Positions 1-14,989 of a stretch of 64,000 nt of DNA are shown in pieces. Position 1 is the first letter of the stretch. Each line of letters opens with the position of its first letter. Under the pieces are notes generated by a model that worked only from the letters and a program-made list of their open reading frames with translations, made no database searches and was not told where the DNA came from. The translations under genes were made by a program, and so were the position numbers. The DNA lies in assembly GCA_973895155.1 (NCBI GenBank), contig OZ316894.1, positions 17,762,563 to 17,826,562 of the forward strand, read 5' to 3'. This DNA is from Marsupella aquatica (taxonomy: Eukaryota > Plantae > Marchantiophyta).

Positions 1-102
1 GCCCTCCCCTCTCCTCGGGGTAGTAGTGGCATTCGCCACCTCTCCATCCAGCAACGACACGACCATACTCCACACTTCGCGCTCTACACTACTGGGTTCC
101 AT
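1..102 (-). CDS. Possible 5' end of a gene running off the left edge (MEPSSVEREVWSMVVSLLDGEVANATTTPRRGEG...)
   Basis: ATG at 102 is open to the window edge. It sits in a CpG-rich, promoter-like block (1-740) that contrasts with the CpG-poor DNA after it. No recognisable domain. Confidence 0.25.
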   Translation of the reverse strand, partial: MEPSSVEREVWSMVVSLLDGEVANATTTPRRGEG

Positions 103-739
103 TCACGTTCTTCTGTCCACAACATCCTCCCTTAGATTCCCATCCGACGGCACTCTCCGCTCCAAAAGAAACGAAAACGTCGCGAGCCGGACGTCGACCA
201 TGCGTTCGTTCCCCGGGACGAATTAATTCATCCATCCTCTGTATCTCCGTTGAGTCCGTTCCGTCACGCGCGGAAGTCCCATTCTCAAAGAAAATGGTTC
301 CCGTGTTTCGCTCCTCACGGTCGGAGTCCGGTCCAGCAGGTTACCGAGGACGGCTTAGATGACCGTAACCCTCGTCAGAATCAGCTCACGCCGTCGTGAT
401 TCAAACGACGGTACCGGGAAGAGTTGTCGCCCAGTGGGTCGGATCGGTCGGTCGGACCTAAATACATATACTGTATGCGGCACCATCCGCTTTCCGTACC
501 CAAGATTCCAGAAACGTCCCAAACGCCCAACTCTCACACCGGGAGGACGATTCTATGAGGCCGGAGCCCTGCAAAAAGGCGGTACCGGTATTTTCGGAAC
601 AAATATGGTCGGCTCTAGTTCCCGCGGTTCCGCCCGGCCCCACCCCGCCCCGCCCAGTGGAGTGGCCACTCGGGCTGCCCAAGCCTCCTCGGCCCCCAAC
701 CAGGGCATAGTTCGAGGCTTCTCGAGTTCTGTCTAGGTG

Positions 740-3700
740 AGCTAACAACTTGAGGGGGTTATTACGGGCAATGCCCCCAAAGAAAGCATTGGTTTTACTT
801 ATTAAAGTCATGTTTGGAAATGCACTTTCTTTGAATGACAATAGATTGATAACAAAATTCAGCCCTCTTAGTCATTTTGACATACCGTACATTCTTTGAA
901 TGACAATAGATGAATAGACTGATAACAAAAATAAATATGCTTATTATTTTGACATACCATACATGCTATTCTACCTTCCAACTACATACATTTGGTGGGG
1001 CCCTAGAGTTAAGGTCTAGAGACTTCACTCTAGAAGCCTAGATCTCAATTCTAGCTTTTGTTCTTGAATAAGTACTAAGATAAAGGCTGGACACAATCAT
1101 GATGTTTAACTAGAGAGATGAATGGTAACCCATCCCCAGAAGGCCTTATGGGCTGTAATCCTGGAGGGGGTTAGAGCACATGGTTCCCAAGCGAGGAGGG
1201 GTTATTGGGAAAAAAAATCTACCAGCGCTTATCTTTAGAAGTACACATTTTTTTAGCATCAGACAACCCTTAAGCACTTGGGAGGGGGCCTGCACTGCTT
1301 TTAAACAAAGTGAAGTTTTGAAAATCCAGGCCAGATTGGTGTGAAAGGTCCACAGCCTCAGGTTGAGAGGTATGGCGTGTAACCTGTTATAAAAAAAACA
1401 GCCAGATCTGAAAAGATTTGAATAACATTTGTTTGTATTTCAGAAAGATTTGGGCCATAGTACTCTTGCCAGCTTGGTTGGGATATCTTCTAGTCTAAAT
1501 CTGTGTGTTATTGGCAAGGATGGAGACTTGAAAAGGCCATAGTTTTTTAAATATGCAGTGTCCAGTTTCTACTCCATAATTGATTTTCCCTTTATATTTT
1601 CAGGGCATTCTGGGAGCACAATGCCACTTCACATCAGCTCTTTACCAAGATTCTCGTCTACTTTTGCAAAATTTAGGAAAAATAAAAATCTTTCAGGCCC
1701 TCAAGTATAGTAAGATCCTATTTTTGGAGCCTTATGGACAATAATAGTTACTCAAAATTTGAAGTGAAACTCTCTTTTTCTGGGGCATTATTGCCTCTGA
1801 CCTTTCCCCTTGTGAAAGTATTGGTTGTGTGCTGGTATGGGCCCGTTTTCAGGCTGGCATATCATATTCTCTGAGTTTTATTTACTTTTAATAAAATTTC
1901 TTTCCAGGGAAAAACACAAAACATCATGATTGCCCTCAAGAACTCGTCACCAAATAAAAGGTTACCTGAAAATGCTGTCGGCACATGGATTTCCATAGGG
2001 GCTCCCCACCCCTACAGGTAGTATGTGCCTACGATGATGCTACAATTCTCTCCGTCAGTCTATTACTAAGTACCCCGACATGGCTCCCTAGACTGTCCCC
2101 ACCTACTGTACATGGGGTACGCCTAAGGATCCATCGCTCAAGGAGTGGTAGAAGTTCAGATCTAGAGTAAAACAAGTTCGCCTTCATACTCTAAGTTTTG
2201 GGTGTTTTTGATTAAAATTACATTCGTTCATCATGTACAATATGCTTGCCCACTATTGTAGGCACCGTGCTGGACTATATAAAAATTGTAGGTTTACCCT
2301 GCAAACCAAAACATGTATTTTGATATAAATTATCTAAATTGTTTTAAAAAATTAAATTGTTAAATACTGTGAATGTGGAATTATAAATAGTTTCTAATAT
2401 ATATTTTTCATGAAGTAAAACAGGTCATTCATATTGAAAATAGATCATATTCCTATAATATTATCTTTATAAAATAAGGTTATTTATATCAGGCTAGTAT
2501 AGCATGTGGTATCCCAGTACTACACTATGCTAACCCCTGTGAATGTGTCCACCATCAAGGCTAATCTATCTAATAAAGCGGGATCAAAAGCTAGGATAAG
2601 GGCCTATGGTCTAGAATGAAGCCTCCAGTAGGACAGTGATTCTGGGGGCAAAGCAACACTTTGGGTGGAATTGCAATGGCACTATGGTAATCAGTAGTGA
2701 AAAATTAATATGAAATTATAGTTTTATTTTTTACTTTAATGATTTTTTGTCTAACATTCTTCATTATTAGGTGACAAGGTTCATCTCACCAGGCTCAACA
2801 TGGACACAACCAAAGATGCACTGCAGGTTCTATATCCATTGGTCAAAAGAAATTCCAATATTATGGTTTATATATTAACTGGTGTCACCTAAATAGGGAG
2901 CCTCTCAAACTAGAGTCTAAAAGTAGAATACACAATTAGCAGATTTCTGTTTCAATCACAAATACTATACCTACATTGATTTATATATTCAATTTAATGT
3001 ACTTGTCTTTCACGCAGAAAGTAAGGTGCCTCTCCTCTTTTTAAAGGTGTACATTTTTATTTCTTTTACTTGTTTAGAATCATTGTTTCAATACATTTGA
3101 ATGAGATGAGATAGTTTTTATTTCATAAACTAGTTAAGCTTATCAGTGCTCTAAATAGGCTACAAGGGAATTTATTATCAATACGTTAAAATAGCATGGT
3201 CTTAGAATGGGTCACAAAGTAGTATTTCATAAACTAGCTAAGCTTATGAGTACTCTACATACTATATCATAGAAATTATTATCAATAAGTTAAAATAGCA
3301 TGGTCTTAGAACTGGCCAGCTTTATCTTACATTCCGACTTCTTGGCATGGAAAAAATCATTCTTGGGATAGGAGCCTGGAGTGGACACTTACTGTACAAT
3401 CAGAGATCTACTCTCAATTAAGTCATATGCATTTTTGAAGTCTTTCACATCCAGGGGGATCTCTAATCAAACTTAATTTCTCTTAAGTTTCCTTTGTTTA
3501 TTCCCTAGAGTTTCCAACATGGAACTTCGTTTTTTAGAGGGACCACAACATCTGACTGTGCTCTGATGGACCAAGCACCTTTTAAAACCCATAAAATGCA
3601 TACGCATTAGCAGGCTATCTGAGTAAATAGTAGTATATCTGAGTGGTCTCTGTAGATCACAACGATCCATCCAAGTATTAAATCATTGTTTTTTAACAAG

Positions 3701-6700
3701 TCTTCCTCACTATTGTTGTGGACCTCATATCATTTTGAAACAAATCTATCATTGTTTGCCTAGGATTCTTTGGTTTTGCAGCACAATTTTGGACTACGCT
3801 ATAACATCTATTATTTTATATTCCTAGATCCCTTCTAAAGCCTTAGCTACTATGGTCTTGTTAGATTAGTATAAGCTGTAGGGTTGTTGTCATAGGTTTA
3901 ATGTAGGAATTCATTCGAGTACCCCTTTGTTACCCACTTGGTTATGTAAGCTTGATGTTATTCAACAACTTGGAGCAATGAAGAGTTCCATATTATTTGG
4001 TTTGACGATGGAGATGAGAAAGATTAAATGAAGGATGGTGAATGAGGTGGGAGTTAAGGTAGTTAGAACACTTTCAATTTCATTGTAGACAAAGAGGAGA
4101 TTATTCATGATAAGAGTCCCTTCAGAACATTCCCTTGGTACTAATATGCTCATGCAATTCATGTAGCATTGCATATAATCCATGCAAAAACTTTATAGAA
4201 GTCAAAGGGTTTCTTAATTTCCTTTGGTATTTCCTTTCTCCATAGTAACCAAATGGCTTCTCATGTGCCCTTGGTATTCCTCTGTCCATAGTGGGCAAAG
4301 AGTTTCTTACATTACCATGGAAATAAATGTTACAAAATTTGAAGAGTTTCTTTCTATCCATGGTTATTTCAAAACTTTGCCAATTGAATAATTTTTTTGA
4401 AGAATTTTCTTGAAAACACTGATATATCAATCACAACCCATTCAAAGGTTATTCTCTTTTACCCCTTTTCTATCCATGTCTTTGTTTATTTGAAATGTTA
4501 CTTTCCAGCTTCCATTGTTTTTACAATTACAGGGTCATCAACACAATGTTTGGCTCTCCTTGGATAGCTAATAGTTCTTGTTTATGACCAATAGTGTTGA
4601 TGTGGCTGCAAGTGCTTCTAGGAATTTTGGAAGAAGCTTCCCATGGGGGTCTGTAACCGTCTCACTTCAATTCAACCTTATTTTTATGAAAGGTTTCCCA
4701 AAAGTTGGTGCCCCAAAAGTTTTGTCGGGTTAAGCCATTTGTCATCAACTCCAGCTATTGTGATATCAAGCTCTTTGAGTAGACCACAAATATGTGGCTG
4801 CATGGTTAGTTTCCTACAAAATGCAAAAATAATAATTTAAGAGAATCTTTAAGAATAGCAGGACCTTGACATACTAGTAGAAGTAATCTAACTTTTTCTT
4901 AATGAAGTACACAGGTTAAGTTGTTGAACTTGACTACCAAGTAGTAGATGTAAACATTGAGAAAGGAATCTTTCATCTTGAATTGAATTTTGTTGTCCCC
5001 ATCTTGTGATGACAAGCATTCAAACCCCCAATCCTGAGCAGTAAACCTACAGGCAACCAACATGTCACTTAGTCTCATGTAGCCATGTTGACACTAATGG
5101 GCAGTCTTCCACCCATTTCTACTATGCTCTTGGGAGCTAATAAACTCCAGGCTTCCCAAATTTTGAGCACCAATTGCAAGATTGGGCATTACTTCTAGTG
5201 GAAATGTTATGTCAGTTCAAGTTTACTGTCTTCCATCTACACTAATTGTTTTTCTCTTCTCAAATAGGTATATGACTTAATTTTTGGTTTCACTAGTCTG
5301 TCATCCATGCTACTATTGAAAACTCAAAATACTGAGTACTGAGCTCCCACCACTTGTCCATTTCAATCAACAGTCTGAAATTGAATTTGAGAAAACTACA
5401 TCGACATATTTTTTAGGTGCATTGTTTTGCGAATTTCCACCTCCATTTGGAACATTGCTATACTTGGCAAACATTTGCCAGCAAAATGGGCAGCAATTTT
5501 CTAGCCTTCCACCCCACCTTCCACAAGCGGTGGGTAGGGGTTTGCCAGCATATTTAGGGTAAGTCCAGGGCCACTGCCTGCCGCATTCCACTATTTAGTG
5601 CCCTCAATTTTCCTCAGTATTGTTGGCCATGTACGTCCAATTGCTACCGTTCCTATAGCCCAGGAATGACCTTTCACCATTGACCTTCATCTTAGGGGTT
5701 ATGGTTTGCCAGCATTTGGATTCAGCCTACTAGTACTCCACTGCCATTCCTTGCATGCAATGCTTACCTTTCCTTCTGGGCCAACATGTTTGGTTTCCTA
5801 CTTTCTTAAACCACAAGTGCTCCTATAAAGAGCTATGGGTAACCCATATCTCTCACTATAAAGTGCACAGGTTTAAGAGTGGGCTTGAGCTCCACTATAG
5901 GTGATGAATGCTCCACCTTTTATAATTGGCAAGTGCTCCACATTTTATGATAAGACACAACCTTTTTCACCAGAGGACATGAATGATGAGTAGTGAGAGA
6001 GGGAATGAGGCTCTTATATGGGCATGTGTGGTTTACATGAAATTATCCACCCACGTGTGGGGCTGTCAGGACCTTTTTGTGCATTCTTCATTGTTTTCTC
6101 AAAATGTCCAACCATGGTTATGTTTCTGTGTGTTTTAATTTATGACATAAAGCTTTTTACTAACCTATTCCCCAAACTACCCAATATTACAAATGTACCC
6201 TGCAAAACAAAATTAATTGACTTGTCCCCCATTTTGTATTCGGGTTCGATGTAACTTGTATACGGGTCCCCGTTGCCATGTGGGGCCGAGGGGGGTTGCA
6301 ATGGGTTCAGGTTACCCAATAGTGACTTGCCACATGGCAACGAGAACCTACATGTGAGTTAATACTAACTTTAACACAAAATGGGGGACATGTTAGAATT
6401 TTTTGTGTTGATGGAGATCCCTCTAGTGGTGCGCATCTAGGCAGGCAGGACCTTTGATGTTATACAGCTTCAAGCAAGTAGGCAGCTTCTACTGGATCAG
6501 GTTACTTTTCATTCTCTAATTCAAGCTTTTGTCATAAATGTTTTGGCACTTCCTTGTTTTAGTTAGCAAAATCTTGTTGCTTTGTTCATTTTGTTTTTGC
6601 AACAAGGCTTATGCAATGTTGCTGAGTGAGTGCTTAGTCTCATTTCACATACAGTCTTGTTGCTCTTTCCATCATCACACTATCACATCATGACAATGGC

Positions 6701-9700
6701 TAAGGTGAGATTGAAGACAGTGCAATGTGTTGGCCTACCAAACAACCTCATAGTTAAGTACTTTCTTTCTAAATCGCTTTCAAATCAATTCAAGTTTTGC
6801 AATCCTACTAGCACCCCTATCTTTCTTAGCTCTTAATCATCAACTGGTATTGGTTTGCCTGCAGTGAATAAAGTTCCCCTATCCACAACTATGAAGTCAT
6901 GGCAAAGCTCTTTCACTTGTTGAAAGTTTTTGATACACCAACTACACACCAGAGCATCAATGCAGGTTGGGGCATAAATAGAGAGCCTTTTTCCGTATGG
7001 TGAAACTGAAGACTAGTGAGACCTATTTTTCTGCTAGGTACTTGTTTGTGTTGGCTAATGAGGTAACTATATGTAATTGATAATCAATCCTGATTTACCC
7101 CCCACTTTTTTGTCATGAAGAGCTGGGAAAGGGTTCCTTTTCTTCTTGCCTTGCAAAAGGTAACAGCTGGAGCTGATGCTACAGTGAAGGATCTGCAATG
7201 AAGGATGCCTTCTCTGAACAAAGTGAGAAATATAGGCTTCTAAGCTTGTTAGTTTCAGGGCTGATGGAGTTGTGGTCTTTCAAGGCCAATAAACTAGCCA
7301 GGATGCTTGCTTGAATGCATTGTGACCATGCTCCTTTCATGACTGTCCTACACGCTTATACTCATAGAACAAATACTTCTGTGGGGAAATTGAAGTTTTT
7401 GTCAATTGTAGGGAAGATTGAGACTTTTCTTACTAGTTTCATGCCTATTTTGCCCACAGTCCCAAGCGTAACTCAAGTTCCAATGGCTAGCTGGGGAGCT
7501 GGAGACTAAGGGCTTCAAGTTTGAACAAAACCACAAAACTTATTGGATGCCAATTTGACCACGGTTGTAGAGAGTTTTACACAAATACAAGACAATTGTT
7601 GTGCAAATGTTGTCGGATGGGGCCACTCTTGTGACAACAAAGTCCAATGCGACATTGTTGTTGGATCTAGAGCTCTCATATCATTGCCTTGTTTGTTGCC
7701 TTTATTGAGTCTGTGGATAATCTCATCCGGTTTCTACTCTCAAGATGTAATGATCCAAGAATACATTAAGTATAATGAAAGGTAGTCAAGCCAAGCTTCA
7801 TTGCTATATGTAGATTTGCAAACTTCATTCAGGCCTGGCATATTTTCTTGATTCCAAGAGATTGTGTCCAATTGGTCACACATTATTAGTCATGCCTGGA
7901 CGACTGAGTTGGAAACTGGTGTGGATTACCTGGTGAGTTTTGAATTGCAGATCTTACTTACCCCAATCATTGGTTTTATGAGATACTTGGTAAGAAGTCT
8001 GTTGTAAAGCAACACTATTTTGACCATGTCATTTATTCTGAAAAGAATCAATATAAGTAAGCAACACAAATGCTCATTAAGCTTTTTGATACTTGGTTTC
8101 CTAACATTGATCTGTCAAATGCCTGTGGCATTTGATATTGAGATGGAGAGGTTAGTGAGGAGAATTTGGCATTTAACATGGATGCCTTATGTAAGCCCTA
8201 ATCAATGTCATCAGGAGGTCTTGCGGGAGACAAAAGTAAGGAGATTGGGCCTATTTTGGACTTCAACAAGCTTCGTGAACAGCAGCGCTACTTCAAGCTC
8301 ACAATGGGCAATGTAAATAAGGTGATGGCAAAGTAGCAGTACAACCCAGAGGTAACCCCATGACCAGGATGTGGAGGAGGTTGGGGAAAACTATATTCAT
8401 TTGAGCTTGGATGCATGAGTGGGTTTAACATTTAAACTTGGAAAAATTGGAGGGGCCGTAGTGACAGAATCAGTTGAAGATGAGAGAATTGTCAACACAC
8501 GCTCTTTGTGAAAAGCCAGCTATAGAATAGATTGGGGGTCAATTGGATTGCTTGGTCAATTTGATCCATTTGAGGATGCAATAACTCATTGGTTAGAAGG
8601 AGAGAGGCGTGGAATGACTGCTTAGTGAGTTGTGGAAGAGTAATTGAAACACTATGTAAGTAGATTGGGGATGGAGAATGGATCATGGGTGATTGATTGG
8701 GTAGGGACTTTAACAGGTTTACATTTGGAGGGATAGGTTAGGGGGTGGGGGACTTTTGCTTTTGATGAGAAAAATATTGAGTTTGAGATGGATAATAACT
8801 TGAATCCATTCTCACCTGGGTTCTCAACAGATGAGAGTTTGAGGAATTTGAGGCTGTCTACACCAAAGTGAAGACCCCCAAAGTGCAGGTGCAGGAGGGC
8901 AACGCCTTGCCTCGTACATACATTGAGCAACAGCCGACATGTATGATGAATTTGATGGACAAGACAGTCATACTCATGGAAGAGGACCAAGTTCTCCTTG
9001 CCATGGGCAAATGAATTGTTAGAGCTAAAGCTTAGCAGATCATGTTGGGATACATGGGTCCCAAAGACCAGTTGGCTTGATCTTCAACATTTTCCCACAT
9101 CTTTGCTTAGAATTTTCTTGATGTTTCCTCAGGGAGATATTTTATTCACGAGCCCTATGCCAGTGCATTGCACTGTGCAAGGAGGGCCGAGGCATTTATG
9201 GGGCAGCAAGAAGCATATATGTGCCAGGGGTGCACATTTCCTCCATCAATGGTAAGGGAAAACAACTAATCGAATCCAACGACTGTGGATCTTTCTTACC
9301 CTGGAGCTTTTTTGGATTGGGACAAAGGACAAAAAAAAAAGGGATCCCTCATTATAGTTATAGATGTTAAGATGTTAGTGTTCTGCTATGCATGTGTTTC
9401 CATTTGCCACCTCACAGTACGTCAACCAAGGTTTATTTGCCAGTTAGGTCCACTAGGCTCAACCAGGGAGATGTGTAATTCATGTCAGTGTCGTGCTATG
9501 TTTTTTCATTTGCCACCTCACAGTACCTGACCCATTTTCATTAGCCAGTTATGTGGACTGGGCTCAACCTCATTAGCCAGTTACTGCAAATGCACAACCT
9601 CATTCCCAAGTAGCCTAACTACATCGCCAACCTGGTTCCCTAGTAAAAGCTAGGGTTGGCCGCTCCCCCACCTGTTCCCTTGATGAGTTCGCCAGTGTGG

Positions 9701-9800
9701 CGAAAGTTGAAATACCTTAAAATACAAATTGGACTACACTATCATCTCTTCAACCATGCCAACATATAGAGGGACTTCAAATTTAGTAAAGACTACCTAG
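740..9800. other. CpG-depleted intergenic block, probably decayed transposon-derived DNA
   Basis: Visibly few CG dinucleotides, only short ORFs, local duplications (~826-963, ~3119-3311) and a purine-skewed tract (~8450-8870). No TE domain I can name. Confidence 0.4.
3119..3311. repeat. Two-copy direct repeat, ~104-bp period
   Basis: tatttcataaactag..aagcttat...ttattatcaata.gttaaaatagcatggtcttagaa at ~3119 and ~3223. Confidence 0.8.
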
Positions 9801-10275
9801 AGTTTGTTGAAGAGTGACTAGACTTCCACACTATTAGGTACACTCTTTTTCCGTTGTATGACGTAGTCGCCCGCTGTAGATGTGAACTCTCCCAATTCCA
9901 TTACTGAACGGAAAAAAATGAGAAAGGGATGCCAACACAGATGTCCCTGTTTCTTCCACCTCAAGCAACCTCCATCTGAGAGAATAGGGCGCTCGTGTGG
10001 GAGAAAAAAGGCGAGTCAAATTTGATGCTCTGATTTTTTGAGTTGGGAATTCCAGAACTTGTAACGTGACCGCCTTCTATGTACCTCCCGAGAGACACCC
10101 TTCATGTTAAAAGCATTCAAAGAAAATAAAAAGTACAGTCACCTTGATCCTGCCAGTGATTTGCTGTCACCCTTTACCACCAACCAGTGCCTTTGAATTT
10201 ATACCCATGATGTGGCGTAAAGTTTAGAGCTACCACAGGAACTATACAGAAGCAAATGACAGTTGCAATTGTACA

Positions 10276-13200
10276 CTAGACTGCTAATTGCTGAGCTCGC
10301 TTTACTTCATTATCAGGTCTGTCCGGATTCCAACCTGGAGGCATAATTTCCGGCCAGTCTCCACGGCATCCCAATCTTACATAAAGGCTTTTCTTTCCTG
10401 CACAAATTCGACATATATTCACTCAACTAGTTAAATTACTGAGAAAATTAGACAGAAGACTCCATAGAATGAGAACATAGAGATTCGTCTTGGCTGCATT
10501 TAAGAAGTACACTGATGTTTGACATGGTTCGTCCAGCAGAAAGGTTACTTCACATGACGTCTCATCTTCCCTGAAACCCCTGCCAGGTAGATAGGCAACG
10601 TGTCTCGTCCCACTCATTACCGTAAGAAGGGACAAGTTTCAAGAAATCTAGAACGCTTACCAGGTAAATCCTTTTCGCCCGCTAAAAGATATTTCAGGGC
10701 ACGCAGAGAACCCTCTGCCGTGGGCCGCACTGCTGTTGAGTCCCATCCTGAGAGCGCTACTACGACATCAGCTTTTGAGTACGCAAGTCTCCCTGCTTTT
10801 TTGAGTCTCACAACTTCCTCTTTGGCGGACTCTTCATCTGGAAATATAAATGAATGAATTAATTAATACATTTTAAAAGTCAGTGACATCAAAGGTGACG
10901 AGAAACAGGGTGAAAGGATAGCAAGGAATAACTTCAAACACAACTCACCACGAGCTTCATATCTAGGCATATACCCTCTCTCTCTCACATGATATAGTAT
11001 CCATTGAAAATACCCGTTGAAGCCTTGTAACAACGGACTTTGTGCGATGGAACCAAGACAGAGGACATGGGGATAGCCACACATTGGAAAAAACCTACGT
11101 AGTGCAAGCACTTAGCCTCGTACGAAGCACCTGCCAGGATTACCTATCTCTTACAAGATAACTTTACTTCAGAGAGTTTTGAACCAATATATTTCAAAAA
11201 ATTTCTGGCATATGGCTACTTTGAATGTATTGTGAAATTCCTGTTATCTGAAAGGTTGCATACCGTTATTGCATCACTGATTATTCCAAAGACAGCACTG
11301 AAGTCTACTTCAAATTTGGCATACCGTGGGCTTGACTTTGAGAGAGCCAGACAGAGAAGCCAGAATGGAGGCCGTTCCAATGCCCATACTGAGCAGCTGC
11401 ACCGTTATTGCCCCCAAGCGTTCCCACTACACATCGAACATGCCTGCCATTGGTGACGGCTAAGTAATTATTTGAACAAGGTATCTTTTGATGCGAACCT
11501 ACAAAGAGCTCTCCAACCTGAACTTTGAACGAGCAGGAAAGTGAAGAACGAGAGTAAACATGTCTGAAGGGAAGTAACACATCTAAGATCCACAGGAGTA
11601 TAAGACTCTGGTGATGTACATATCCTAAAGAGACTATAACTTCCCATCTTACTGCGTCAAACAAGTAGTATGTCATATCAACTCACACTTTGCGTCCCCG
11701 TACTTTTCCCTCAAAGATGAGTGGAGGAAGACCAGCTACAAGGATGAGCATTACGTAAAGACAGCACGTTGGTCAGCGGAATAGTCTTACTGGCTAAGGT
11801 TTTTAAGAACCGCTCCCTCAATTTCAGCAATAGCATCTTCTCCATCTTCTTTAATTACTGCAATTCAAGACGCAAGTCGAAACCATTAGAAACGATTACA
11901 TTAGTACAACAGTATTCACTGTCACATCTAAAGAGTTAACTTCAGATCTAATTCTTTGCCGAGGGGCGAGACAGCACCTGCTCACCCCTCTCTCTTCCGA
12001 TATTGCACATGACGTCTATCGAATCATCGATCCATCTAAGTATGTTGGGTACTTTGAACGTGGAATATAACCACTGTGAACTATCTCAAAGCTCTCGGTA
12101 TCCAAGATTGCAACAAGTGCAAGGCCACATGCTATGCTTGCAACTATCTCAGCAAGCAGGCACTCCAATACTTGTAAGAATTTTGGCTTCACTACCAGTG
12201 CCAATAATTGTGAAGAATTCTCCTGGTGCTTAAGTTGCACCTCGGCTGAACCATGGCACCCAATTTCATCAGGAGTCACTGCTGGTTCTATTGGGACGGA
12301 CGGTAAGAGTACCAGGCCCACCCGTCGTTTCAGCTGGGCTGAGCAATGTCATTTCAACCATTCCCATGTCAAAATCCTTGTGACATAAAGAAGTAGTACT
12401 AAAAAATGCATGTTGCATTTTGGTCCCATACAACAAGATACTGCAGTCTGTTGACTAAAACAAATCTAATGATAAAACTCAACGTTAAGAGGACAGAAGA
12501 CGAAGTGATCAACACATAAACAAAGAAAAAATTTCAAATTACTCACTGTCGTCGATAGAAGCCTTTGCAACATCTTCAATCAACTGCCGAGTTTGCAGAG
12601 GAACAAACCTATGGGCACAGAACAACGGTATCAGGAACTCTAATTACATCTTGTGCAAGCTGAGAAATCAGACAACTTTTCAAGACAAAGCATACAAGTC
12701 TTAACAAGGGGATTTGCGAAAGACGTGACGGGGACGTACTCAAGGCCAGTAGCCAATTCCTGGGCCACGGCCCAATTGATTTCAGTTGATTCTCCGACTA
12801 CATATACTGAAGTTCCCTTCAGAAGCGTGGAGACACCTGTTGCTAAAGATTGCCAACCTTCAACAAGATCAGGCCATGACAGCTCGTCATCTGATTTTTT
12901 CAAACTAAGAACAACCTCTGTCTCATCAACAAACCTGCAAGAAAAGAGAAGCATCATCGAGCCATGGAAGATGAGAAACCGAATATTATATATCAGGAGA
13001 ACACTGTTCTATCATTTGTGGAAGTATGAAGTCGCAGGAACCTTGACGTAGATTTGACATGGATTGCGACTCTTAAGAAACGAAAAAAATTATATTTCAA
13101 TTATTTGGAAAGATTCCTAGCAAATTTCGAAGTTGTATTATGTGTAGGTTAGCAAGGCGAAACACTTACCACACAGTTTCTGAGGGTTTGATGCTGCCGA

Positions 13201-14231
13201 AAAGGCTATTCGCATTCAGTAAAATTTGAACGCCGCTGGTAGTCTCCACAGCCACAACTAAGGAGGTGGCTTGAGCATCCACAGCTACGTATCTCGCTGT
13301 GAGTCGCCTGCCTGCATCTTCTTCCGACATCAGCGGGACTCGGACCTCCAACTCTGAACCATCTTCACGAAACTGTCCAGGAGGTCAGCTCCATTTCGGC
13401 CTAAAGTGGGTTAACTCTACCATTCTCCTCTCCACGAATGAAACCTCCACTGTAGAAAATCCAGATGAAAACAACAGGATTTTCTGGCAAAGCTTCCATT
13501 GAGAGCATTCCAAAGTTCATTTGAGCATTCAAAAATTTACCAGAAATAATTTTTGGAATGACGAGACCAGTGAGGCGATATGCTAAATGAGACAAGAAAA
13601 TCACTCGTGGTCGGAGAACCAGGGGCCCATATGATGACCAACTCAAGGTTGACTGGACTCAGAGAAATGACCACATTGTTCGCATTGAAAATCCTTAATT
13701 CAAAGCAAATCCCGGTAACTCCATTGCTCCCTCCTCACCAGATTTAAATTTCGCTACTGTTAGAATCTTAGACGAATCTTTGTCGAGCACCTTATAGCTA
13801 CCATCACAGACTTATCTACAAAAGCTGCTTGTCCACTCCAACACACGGCCATATTTCCAATGCCATGTCCGAGGGGAACGGCTCAAATCCCGTCCTGTCT
13901 TACAAAGCGGAGTCAAACTCACCTCATACTCCTTATCTTCGTGCAGTGCGCAAACGGCAGTGCCATATGGGCCGTGTCGAAACCTCGTTGGGCTCTGCGC
14001 AGAAAATGCGACGTTCCCTGAGGAGAAATCATCATGATCCCATTCAAGCGGACGCTTCTGCTGCTGTCTTCTCGAGACCGGAGATTTTCGAGAGGCACGT
14101 CCATGAAAGGAGTTGGTGGTGCAGGAAGCTGCGACACGAGAGCTCGGATGTGGTGGCGGAGAGGACGTGGGTGGAGAGAAAGGAAGCAGAGAGCGGAGTG
14201 CAAGCGATGCGCTTGCTGCAGCGCTCGCCAT
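10276..14231 (-). CDS. SKL2: Shikimate kinase-like 2 (inactive SK homologue with CS/HSP20-like domain, plastid transit peptide)
   Basis: Eight GT-AG exons join in frame: 14231-13923, 13372-13170, 12934-12740, 12608-12547, 11857-11791, 11443-11325, 10837-10661, 10397-10276. Motifs include Ser/Ala-rich N-terminus, IKPSETVWFVDE, LLKGTSVYVVGESTEINWAVAQELA, HVRCVVGTLGG and the SKL2-typical C-terminus KKSLYVRLGCRGDWPEIMPPGW. Confidence 0.93.
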
Positions 14232-14656
14232 ATTTTCTCCTTCGGTGGAGCTTCTTCGTGTCTGGCTTCGTACAGCTCTCTTCTTAACGATTTGTACTCA
14301 GGTGGGCGAAAATCATCACACTGTACGCGAAGCTCGAAGCTCGAAACTCCGATTTCCGTCCGTTCGTCCGTTACCGAAAAAAGACCCCGTCACCGAAAAG
14401 AAGCCCCAGCTTATCCAGTTTTATTTAATTGCGATTCACCAAGCTGAAGTTCCTATGGAACACCACCATCGATAACAAACTTTGATAGACCACTAAAACC
14501 CACATGGACCACTCTGAAACATTCCACTCACGTAATAGAGATGAGTAGAAAAAGTAAACCTTGCAAGAAAAAAAAGGATAAATGCCATATTATTATGATC
14601 CCCATGGGAACTTACTTCCAAAATCTCTAGCGTCATGCATGTTGAGATTAGGATAG

Positions 14657-14831
14657 CAGTGACAAACAGGAACAATGGTGTTTTTAATAAGAAACAAACA
14701 CAATCATGTTTGATGCAAGGAGGTAAAACAAAGTTACCATTTTGCAGTCACAAACAGAAACAATGGTGTTTTTAATAAGAAACAAACACAATCATGTTTG
14801 ATGCCAAGAGGTAAAACAAAGTTACCATTTT
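14657..14831. repeat. Two-copy ~88-bp tandem duplication in the SKL2/PUS7 intergenic region
   Basis: cagt.acaaacag.aacaatggtgtttttaataagaaacaaacacaatcatgtttgatgc.a..aggtaaaacaaagttaccatttt occurs twice. Confidence 0.9.
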
Positions 14832-14989
14832 GATCTCTTGTCAATGATATATCAGTGTTTTCCATCAAAATGCTTGTAGTTTTAATTTTTTGGCAAGCTT
14901 TTGAAAATAAGCCATAGAAATGTAAATAGTTAAAACCCTTGGGCTCTAGAGTGTAAACAAAATAATCAATATACTTGATGAAATTTGTC

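Noticed and set aside
3962-9255. Short ORFs as possible retroelement remnants
   Set aside because: No gag, RT, integrase or transposase motif recognisable by eye. Left as unclassified decayed DNA.
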